A DNA stretch of 10,046 bases from Geosiphon pyriformis uo1 (GCA_016748015.1 JAAOMT010000299.1:409307-419352); one strand, 5' to 3'; counted from the stretch's first letter, positions 1 through 7,958 are shown. Numbers and translations: made by a program. The notes: generated from the sequence alone by a model not told the origin.

Positions 1-27
1 AAAAAAAAAAAAAAAAAAAAAAAAAAA
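1..27. repeat. Poly(A) run at window start
   Basis: 27 consecutive A. Confidence 0.95.
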
Positions 28-343
28 GTATCAACCCTATGTTTATGTCATGGTTTGATGTTTTGTTTACAAAAATTACATGTTTTTTCGAAGATCGAAT
101 CCTGATTATTTTTTATGAAAAAAAAAAGACATCATAGAAATTAAAAAATGCTGCCAGTTTTGGTAATTTGTGGGTTCACCAAAAGCCTAGCCAAATTGAG
201 GATATTTTTACATAAAATCAGGTGATGGAGATGAAAGATACAAGCAATGGTGTTCGCGCGGCGAAGGTTTATGTTTTAATGTAGATGGTAGCGTAATTTT
301 AGTATCAGCGTATAAAATTCTTAAAAATGTATATGAATTTGTG

Positions 344-371
344 GATTGATTGATTGATTGATTGATTGATT
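344..371. repeat. (GATT)7 microsatellite
   Basis: Read directly. Confidence 0.9.
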
Positions 372-526
372 AATTTTTGAGAATGAAAGTGGCATCATAT
401 CGGGTGTAAAACAAAAGAAAATCTAAAACTACAAGTATTTACACACCCAATCTATACATAATTGACGCTTACTTCACGCTCATTGATTTTTTTTTCAACA
501 AGGAAACTATACGAGAGATGAATCAT

Positions 527-552
<26 letters not shown>
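527..552. repeat. (TA)13 microsatellite in the probable 3' UTR/terminator region
   Basis: Read directly; ~240 nt downstream of the stop codon. Confidence 0.9.
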
Positions 553-557
<5 letters not shown>

Positions 558-794
558 AAAGAACTATCAAAACCACACACAAGTGAAAACGAAGATTACA
601 TGAAAAAAGATGCTATATATGTAGCAAATTTTGAAAACAATAATTGTTCAGTTTGGAAAGTACGAAGAGATTGTGTATGTGAATGTGAATGAGAAGAAAC
701 TATATGAATTGGGTTCAAATGTTTTTGATCGTGCTTAATACTAATATACTCATAAGTAATGAAAAAAATCAGAAAGTTGTTTCCCCTTTTTTAA

Positions 795-2897
795 TTATGA
801 AATGGAGCATCCTCTGGCAAACCACCATTGCTCTCGCAATTGGCTGATCCATGAATTGATTAACTTTAATCTTTCGCGAACCGAACGTAATTGTAACAAT
901 CGATATTTGTCATATTCATCGATTGGAATCACACTAGCAACCCAAAAGGAGAAATCACTTGGATCATCTGGCATTTCACCATAAGTCGAATTCAATCTTT
1001 GCAGCAGCCATGGTGCACCACCATTTCGTAAATCTTCAATAAAATCGCGTGCCATATTTATTAATTCTGCAGTGGTAGGCTCATTGATGGGGGTATTTGC
1101 AGGATCAGAGTTGTGAAGTTCTGCTGCGGAGATTTCTTGTCTTTCTAATCTTGCTTCTTGTTCTGCATCGATATCATCGATTCGTTCGATCCTTCCCATG
1201 TGGTATCCGTCTCTTTGTTTTCGATCCAATACTCGGAATCGATACGAACCAATTGTTTCCACTAATGATCGCCCATCGGCTAAAAACTCGGTGGATCGAA
1301 TCTCGAGCATAGTACCAAATTCACTATAGCCTTGCTGACCATTTCTCGCTGGTAAGACCATCCCAAAGTGACGTTGACGTGTTTCCAGACACCTTCTTAT
1401 CATGAGTCTATATTTAGGCTCAAATACGTGTAAGAAACAAGGCATCTTTGGGAAGACGAGATTACAAACAAAGATCGGGGTATCCTCCATGTTATCATAA
1501 AGTTCATGTTCAGCGAGTGTTCGTCGTTCTTGATACAAGTCTGGATACAGAGTTTGAATTAATAGTGTGATAGTCCTATTGATCGGATGATTGGTGAAAA
1601 AGGTATAACTAACACGTAAATGAAATCTACATAAAGGACATTTGTCATTATGATCTAAGGAGCGTGTAAGACAAGGTTTACAGAATGAATGACCACATGG
1701 TGTCGTTATTGGGTCATAAAAGAGGGAACAACAGACTTGACAATCTAATTCTGAGAGCATTGTTTTTTGTAAATTCTGTAGATTTTGTGCTAATGACATT
1801 GAAGGAGCTGGTCCAGTGGTGGTAGTATGTGAACTCGATTGATATTCTTCGATGAATGTCAATGATCTGCTAGTATTGCCTTTCACATAAGTTGGTGGTA
1901 ATTCGTTATCCTCTTCATCTGAAACCTCGTCAAGATGTCGTTCTAGAAAATGAAAATCTGGATCTGGGTCTTCTTCTTCATCTTCTTCATCTTCCTCGTA
2001 TGAGGTATTGACATAAGACTGGTTATGAGGTTGCTGGTGATTTTGTGAAGTTTGACTCATATGTATTATATGTGAATATCGTTGTGAATGATCAGAATTT
2101 AAAATGGTTTGACGATGAGCTTGAACAGGGTGATCGTCTTCATCACTATCATCACGTCTGGATAATCGTGATGATAATATTTGTTGCTGTTGTTGGATTT
2201 GAAGACTTTGGTCTTGAAGATATAATCTATGTTGCTGCTGTTGTTGTTGTAGCGTAACGATTGGTACGTGAGCAGAAAGTTGTGTTCTACAGAGGTCCGT
2301 AAGATTATGTATTATTACATCTGTTTTAATCTCGGTTATTGAATGTCGACGCCCACAATCAACATCAGGACAAAATCTTCTTGAACCAGTTGATGAACCT
2401 ATTGGTGAATTGGTTCGAAGATTTGTGTAGTAATGAAAGCAGGAACGACAAAAGGTATTCCCACAAGATAATGTCACTGGATCAGTGAAAAGACAACAAC
2501 AAATGGGACAAGTGAGTAAACGTAGAATTCTTTCGGCGTCTTGTTGAAATTTTATTTGTAATTTTCGTTCATCTGGTTGATATGATTCTTGTCTAAGATT
2601 TGATGATTGCGTTCGTAATGATAAATGAGATGATTGTTGTTGATGTTGCTGTTGCTGTTGCTGATCGTGATGATGATGGTATTGTAATTGTGGTTGTGGT
2701 TGTTGTGATTGTGAATGATCCTGAGATGATTGTGAATTACAATTTGATTGAAGAATGTATTGTAATTGATGTTGTTCTTGTAACTGTAGATGGGAGTATT
2801 GATCATTATGTAATTCTTCTGGTTCCTGTGTCTGATGATGTTCTTGTTGTGAATCATCATCATCAGAATCAGGGTTAAGTAAGTCAATAATATTCAT
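795..2897 (-). CDS. crgA: CrgA/LONRF-family RING finger and LON N-terminal (substrate-binding) domain protein, putative E3 ubiquitin ligase; 700 aa from first ATG, single exon
   Basis: Uninterrupted ORF. The ORF track starts at a TTG (2969); the first ATG is at 2897 in good context (CACACC-ATG-A, A at -3). Two RING-type Cys clusters, the LON-domain signature PIFVCNLVFPKMPCFLHVFEPKYRLMIRRC...FGM...GRSLVETIGSYRFRV, Gln-rich tracts and a C-terminal CaaX match the architecture known for Mucor CrgA. The symbol denotes homology by architecture; orthology was not tested. Confidence 0.92.
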   Translation of the reverse strand: MNIIDLLNPDSDDDDSQQEHHQTQEPEELHNDQYSHLQLQEQHQLQYILQSNCNSQSSQDHSQSQQPQPQLQYHHHHDQQQQQQHQQQSSHLSLRTQSSNLRQESYQPDERKLQIKFQQDAERILRLLTCPICCCLFTDPVTLSCGNTFCRSCFHYYTNLRTNSPIGSSTGSRRFCPDVDCGRRHSITEIKTDVIIHNLTDLCRTQLSAHVPIVTLQQQQQQHRLYLQDQSLQIQQQQQILSSRLSRRDDSDEDDHPVQAHRQTILNSDHSQRYSHIIHMSQTSQNHQQPHNQSYVNTSYEEDEEDEEEDPDPDFHFLERHLDEVSDEEDNELPPTYVKGNTSRSLTFIEEYQSSSHTTTTGPAPSMSLAQNLQNLQKTMLSELDCQVCCSLFYDPITTPCGHSFCKPCLTRSLDHNDKCPLCRFHLRVSYTFFTNHPINRTITLLIQTLYPDLYQERRTLAEHELYDNMEDTPIFVCNLVFPKMPCFLHVFEPKYRLMIRRCLETRQRHFGMVLPARNGQQGYSEFGTMLEIRSTEFLADGRSLVETIGSYRFRVLDRKQRDGYHMGRIERIDDIDAEQEARLERQEISAAELHNSDPANTPINEPTTAELINMARDFIEDLRNGGAPWLLQRLNSTYGEMPDDPSDFSFWVASVIPIDEYDKYRLLQLRSVRERLKLINSWISQLREQWWFARGCSIS
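798..809 (-). other. C-terminal CaaX prenylation motif (CSIS)
   Basis: Last four codons are TGC TCC ATT TCA before TAA. X=Ser is typical of farnesyltransferase substrates. Confidence 0.75.
850..1481 (-). other. LON peptidase N-terminal substrate-binding domain (boundaries approximate; no AAA+ or protease domain)
   Basis: Motifs TPIFVCNLVFP, LHVFEPKYRLM, FGTMLEI, DGRSLVETIG-x-RFRV, FSFWVASVIP, LLQLRSVRERL. Confidence 0.88.
1629..1742 (-). other. RING finger 2 (canonical C3HC4)
   Basis: CQVC-x11-CGHSFCKPC-x10-CPLC; all eight zinc ligands are present. Confidence 0.93.
2355..2510 (-). other. RING finger 1 (degenerate C3HC4-like) of the CrgA-like protein
   Basis: CPIC-x11-C-G-N-TF-CRSC-x22-CPDVDC. 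The His ligand is replaced by Asn and the last Cys pair is spaced x4. Confidence 0.8.
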
Positions 2898-3060
2898 GGT
2901 GTGTCGTGTTATTAAATTGCGTAAAAGTTGAAGGGAAGAATTAACACGCGACAGTTTGAAAAAGTTCAAAATTTGAGAAAAAAAGATTAAAAAAATTTAA
3001 GATAATTAAGTTTTCCAAAATTTTAATTAGAGTACTTTTGTTAGAGGTTGGATGTTTTTT

Positions 3061-3106
3061 GTTGTTGTTGTTGTTGTTGTTCTTGTTGTTCTTGTTGTAA
3101 AAAATA

Positions 3107-3137
<31 letters not shown>
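3061..3137. repeat. (GTT)n imperfect plus (TA)n microsatellites in the probable 5' UTR
   Basis: GTT/CTT triplets at 3061-3098, followed by a TA run from ~3105. Confidence 0.85.
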
Positions 3138-3138
<1 letters not shown>

Positions 3139-3304
3139 AATGTATATTATTGTTCTTTAAAGATTTAATTCCAACCGATAATTTCTCAGGACAAACGTTG
3201 CGTGATTTTTTTTTTTGAAAGTTATTTGTCAAAGATGTTTTAAAATTTAGTTCCGAGACCAATTTAAAATAAATATGTTGGATTTGGAAGTAACAAAAAG
3301 TCTG

Positions 3305-3427
3305 TATTTATAAATCGGGTGATATTGAGAAAATGGGGAGGTGGAGAATAAGTTTTTGTGTTAGTGTTGTTGTTTAAAGCGCATTGCCTTGATGAGGTAA
3401 GCACAATGAGGTAAGCGAGATGATTGG
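3305..3427 (-). promoter_or_regulatory. Candidate proximal promoter of the crgA-like gene
   Basis: On the minus strand, in canonical order: CCAATCA (3427-3421), two GCTTACCTCAT copies (3416-3406, 3402-3392) and TATAAATA (3312-3305), about 410-530 nt upstream of the ATG. Motif matches only. Confidence 0.4.
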
Positions 3428-3728
3428 AAGCACAAATAGAACAAAAAAGATAAGAAGTAACTTCTTTAATCTTTTTTGGACTAGTTAAACCAAAAATGAA
3501 ATAGTAATAATCACCTTTGGTAGAAATAATGAAATGGAAAGGTATTTTGTTGAAATAATTTGCCTTTTGAATGATAGATGGATGGGTGGGGATTTAATTG
3601 CTAAACGAACAAAAAAAGGTAATGAAAATGAGTTAAATTTGATTCAAGAGAATTAAAAATAGGAAAAAGGTGTTCTCAGTTTTTAATATTTCACCTCAAA
3701 GAGTTTCCTGCCTTGGGAGGGTGTGGTC

Positions 3729-3754
3729 GGTTGGGTTGGGTTGGGTTGGGTTGG
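3729..3754 (+). repeat. (GGGTT)n pentamer repeat, canonical G-quadruplex motif
   Basis: GGGTTGGGTTGGGTTGGG at 3733-3750. Confidence 0.85.
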
Positions 3755-3950
3755 TTTATTGTTTGGTAAAATGTATTTAGAAATAAGTCTTTGTAATATA
3801 TTATATTTCGAAAAATTTGGGCAGGATAAATTATATATTATTTCTTTGGTTCTTGAAGAAATTATTTTGAATAACTAATAAAAAATTTTTGAAGCGGGCA
3901 GCCAAGCTTTTTAAGGTTTTTTTTCTAAATTGATCGGATCCTGTGTAGTA

Positions 3951-3991
3951 GTGGTGGTGGTGGTGGTGGTGGTGGTGGTGGTGGTGGTGGT
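3951..3991. repeat. (GTG)13 microsatellite
   Basis: Read directly. Confidence 0.9.
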
Positions 3992-4033
3992 AGTTATGGT
4001 AGTTGTGGTGAACGGACTACTAGGCTGAGAAGG

Positions 4034-4036
<3 letters not shown>

Positions 4037-4094
<58 letters not shown>
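4037..4094. repeat. (TAA)19 microsatellite
   Basis: Read directly. Confidence 0.9.
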
Positions 4095-4708
4095 TACAAG
4101 AGAAAAAGAAATTTATTTAGTATGAATAAATTTTTTATATTCTAGAGTATCGTCGATTAAAATAAGTTTTATATAAAGATGGCGATTTTAGTGAATTGTT
4201 AGTTTAAAAAGCTTGTCTCTCTGTCTATGATTACTACATGAAGTTTACTAAACGGGAAAAATCGATAGACAATACACAGATGATGAAAAAGGGGTCGAGT
4301 ATTAATATAAAAAAAAAGAAATTACTTTTATTTATATTATATACATTAAATCGATAGGTGATTAAATAATGGGAAGTCGATGAAGACAGGTTTGAAAGTA
4401 CTTTGAGGAAAAAAGGAGAAAGGATGGGGATTGACACATGAATAAAAAAAGAGTGACAATTATAAAGGATTTTGATAAGAAAGTGTGGCTGGAAAGGATG
4501 ATGATTAGGGATGAGGGATGGGGTTTAGGGTTTGAAATGATTCCGAAAGAATCAGTCGTCGTCGTCAGATGTTTCAGATATGAAAGTTGAAAAGGGTAAA
4601 AAAATTTGGAAAAGAAATTAAGAGAGAAATGAAATCGAGGATAAAAAGTTTAATCATCGGGGAGGAGAGAGGAAACTAGATGAGGCGAATGTTTTAGCTT
4701 AGTTTATT

Positions 4709-4727
4709 ATATATATATATATATATA

Positions 4728-4760
<33 letters not shown>
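4709..4760. repeat. Compound (AT)11(CT)15 microsatellite
   Basis: Read directly; abutting arrays. Confidence 0.9.
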
Positions 4761-4766
<6 letters not shown>

Positions 4767-5040
4767 AGTTTAGAAGGGTAATAATAGTAAGAATAAAAAA
4801 TAAAAAATAGGTGACAAAAATTGGAAACGGTTAGATATTAAAAAAAAAAAGATGAATATATATTTAGAGTGAATCCATATATAATTTAACTTGGAAAGAA
4901 TGGACAACAAAGTTCTTCACCTGCCACAAATTTTTTGGTGTCTACTTTTTTTAACTAGTCCTCCCGAGAAACAAAAAAAACCAGTATGGCTTGTCAAAAA
5001 AAAAACAAAATCCATATATATCTGTATATCTCTGTATGTA

Positions 5041-5067
5041 TGTGTGTGTGTGTGTGTGCGTGTTTAA

Positions 5068-5102
<35 letters not shown>

Positions 5103-5120
5103 TGTATGTATGTATGTATG

Positions 5121-5154
<34 letters not shown>

Positions 5155-5161
5155 TGTATGT
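5041..5161. repeat. Compound (TG)n-(TAAG)8-(ATGT)n microsatellite
   Basis: TG at 5041-5058, TAAG at 5068-5099, ATGT at 5102-5161 with one interruption. Confidence 0.9.
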
Positions 5162-5519
5162 ATATAGTATCTTTTTGATTTATTATTTTTGTCGTGAAAT
5201 ATATTCTCGGGGCGAATAATATGTGAAAAAAACAAGAAACATTGAATTAAATGAATCGGAGTCTTTTGATCCAAGGGATTTTTTGAAAAAATGACAGCAG
5301 CAGGGTGTGATATTTCTTTGTGTGATCTTTTGACTTGGATAGAAATTTTTCGATCGAGACTCTAAAAAATTCATCGATATGAACGTCACACAGTGATCAG
5401 AAGTACAAATATGTTAAAAGGTCTTTTGGATTCGATGGTTGGGATTTTAAGACTATTCAAAAAAAGGTTATTGAGAATCGATCAACTTTTTAGTAATAAA
5501 ATAATAATATCAATGAGAG

Positions 5520-5579
5520 GATTGATTGATTGATGGATGGATGGACGGATGGGATGGGATGGGATGGGATGGGATGGAT
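5520..5579 (+). repeat. Graded microsatellite (GATT)->(GGAT)->(GGGAT)5
   Basis: Read directly; five GGG tracts at 5551-5573. Confidence 0.85.
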
Positions 5580-6084
5580 TCAAAAAATTTTTAAACTCGA
5601 CTTTTTTACCATGAAATCTAATTCTTCAAATCATCACAATAAATAATGTTTATACAATGTAAATAGATAAATAATAAATAAATAAATAAATAGCTAACTA
5701 AATAAATAAATAAAATGAATATATATATTTTACTATATATTACTATAGATGATTTTCTTGCTTGCATTGTTTGTGTGGCGAAGACATATACAAGATTATG
5801 AAGGTGAATTGGGGAGAATGCGTTTTTTTTTATGTTTACCAATAAAGAAATCTAAAAGTAACATTCATTTCTCACCTATTCAAAAATTTATATCGACATT
5901 GTAATAGAATGAATTTTTCTCGATTCACATTTACCTTTCGCAGGAAGGTACAAGTAAATCAGTGAACTCCTCTTATCAGTTACTAATGATAATCGAGAAA
6001 TTTGAAAAAATTTTCGAATATTAAATTTTTGCCCACTTCCCTTGGGATGATATAATTTTTGTTCATCATCTACTACTAATTTGC

Positions 6085-6270
<186 letters not shown>

Positions 6271-6527
6271 AAAAAGAGTTGATTGGTTGGTTGATTACAA
6301 ATGGATGAATGAAAGATTTTTATTTTAAGAATTCGTGGTTTTTTTGACATCTTGATCCGAGGTGTATGATGTAACACCTAATCATTCAAATAAAATAGTT
6401 CATTCTGAAATCGAGATTTCATTAAAAAAGGGCCAATTTTTAAAGTGGTTTATGATTCTAATAATTTTTTTTGTTAATCCAACAGCATATAAAAACATGT
6501 TAATCAGAAATAAAAATTCATTTATTG

Positions 6528-6574
6528 TGAAATGAAATGAATGAATGAATGAATGAATGAATAAATAAATGAAA
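6528..6574. repeat. (TGAA)n/(TAAA)n microsatellite
   Basis: Read directly. Confidence 0.8.
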
Positions 6575-6974
6575 TTATTTCATTTTATTTTTATTAATAA
6601 TAATAATAGTATATTATTGTGAACGAATTTTTGAACCTTTCAAAAATCGATCGACAACTCACTAACCATTTTTAATTGTGGTAACCAAATTTCCAGAGTG
6701 AAAATAATCTCTTTTGGGGAATTTCGGAGTATTAAAAGTGGACATTTAAACCGGTTTGACTCGAGTGGGATTATACAGCATCATTATCTGATCTTTTATA
6801 TGGTTTCTCTGTAATCAGAAATGATAACAATGTACGCGTTGAAAAAAGGTTTTTATTTTTTTTTATAAAAAAAAAAAAAAAAATGTCTTCGTAATTCTTA
6901 ACGTAAGCACAGACATCAGCATAACATAAGAAATCGTCAGCATGATAGTACGAGAGAAAAACGGCAAGGAGGAA

Positions 6975-7011
6975 AATTTTCTACTTTTTTTTAAAAAAAA
7001 AGTAGAAAATT
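6975..7011. repeat. Perfect 18-bp inverted repeat with 1-nt spacer
   Basis: AATTTTCTACTTTTTTTT-A-AAAAAAAAGTAGAAAATT. Confidence 0.9.
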
Positions 7012-7104
7012 ATAATAAACCTTTTCTGAACTAGAAATTTACAAACAATTTTCGGATCACACGGTGGTAAGATTAAATTAAATTTTTTTTTGTGTGTGTG
7101 TATA

Positions 7105-7206
7105 TGTGTATTGTGTATTGTGTATTGTGTGTTGTGTATTGTGTATTGTGTATTGTGTATATATATATATGTGTGAATGTGAGCATATATATGTGTGAAT
7201 GTGAGC
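7105..7206. repeat. (TGTGTAT)8 heptamer array followed by a 22-bp tandem duplication
   Basis: Heptamers at 7105-7160 (one variant); ATATATATGTGTGAATGTGAGC at 7163-7184 and 7185-7206. Confidence 0.88.
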
Positions 7207-7553
7207 GAAGAAAAAATTCATCCCGCCCTTTTTTCGTGTAACTTGTAGATTGGGGATTTACTTTTGAAAACCGAGAAATTTTTTTTTTAATAAAAATCTT
7301 TGATAACGACAATGGGCAAAACCAAAATTTGAAGAACATTGTACATCTGCAAAGTCGATGATTTTTTTTTAAATTTGTATTGGATATTTATTAATTTCCC
7401 ATTTATCAAAAAATTCTATTAACACAAAAAAAAAATAAAAAAAGTTTAACATATATATATTTGTGTGTATGGGTAAATTGAGAAAATCTTTTTTAGCTTA
7501 TATAAAATTAAAAATTTTTTATTCTCACTAATAATAAACAACACTGATCACTT

Positions 7554-7563
7554 ATCATCATCA

Positions 7564-7614
<51 letters not shown>

Positions 7615-7657
7615 TATTCTTATTCTTATTCTTATTCTTATTCTTATTCTTATTATT
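7554..7657. repeat. Compound (ATC)n(ATT)n(ATTCTT)n microsatellite
   Basis: Read directly. Confidence 0.88.
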
Positions 7658-7958
7658 AAAAAATGGATTACAAATAGGTATGACGATGATGGTGATTGAG
7701 ATTTCAGGGAACCTGGGAATTCTACAAAATATCCATATTCAAAAATGCCAAATTTTTGAATGGGGATCATCAATTTCCCATACATCCCTTAAACCTTTAT
7801 TTTTTATTCAGCCCTTTTTGATGTTTCACAACCTTTTTATTTATTCATGATCCCAAGTATAAAAAATTCTAGAATAATTAGAATAGTTTGAATCTCAGTT
7901 TATCGTAATCCTGCAATGTAAATCCGCCTATGATTCGTAGTCTAATGGGATGAAATCA

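Noticed and set aside
1-27. Poly(A) as a retrogene tail or transcript end
   Set aside because: Wrong strand for the minus-strand gene (would need poly(T) on plus); poly(A) at both ends is better explained by assembly breaks at homopolymers.
133-215. Possible terminal exon of a convergent plus-strand gene (CATAG/KLKNAASFGNLWVHQKPSQIEDIFT*)
   Set aside because: Only 25 codons, weak acceptor context, and no recognisable homology.
253-265. GC-rich mini-hairpin TTCGC-GCG-GCGAA with a CGCG core (SCB/E2F-like)
   Set aside because: 5-bp stem, single copy, 3' of the gene; insufficient support.
850-1481. Annotation as Lon ATP-dependent protease
   Set aside because: Only the N-terminal substrate-binding domain is present; no Walker A/B or Ser-Lys protease domain.
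802-2878. Plus-strand ORFs 802-984, 1097-1312, 2045-2257 and 2600-2878
   Set aside because: Antisense shadows of the crgA-like CDS; Val/Ile/Asp-rich composition is the complement of CAA/CAT repeats; no recognisable motifs.
2552-2887. Alternate-frame minus-strand ORF (111 aa)
   Set aside because: Starts at TTG and is the frameshifted reading of the Q/H-rich low-complexity region.
4505-4533. TTAGGG / TTTAGGG telomere-like hexamers
   Set aside because: Only two non-tandem copies; not a telomeric array.
7663-7698. ATG GAT TAC AAA followed by GAC GAT GAT, superficially FLAG-tag-like
   Set aside because: Stop codon directly after MDYK and the Asp codons are out of frame; coincidence, with no other vector sequence.
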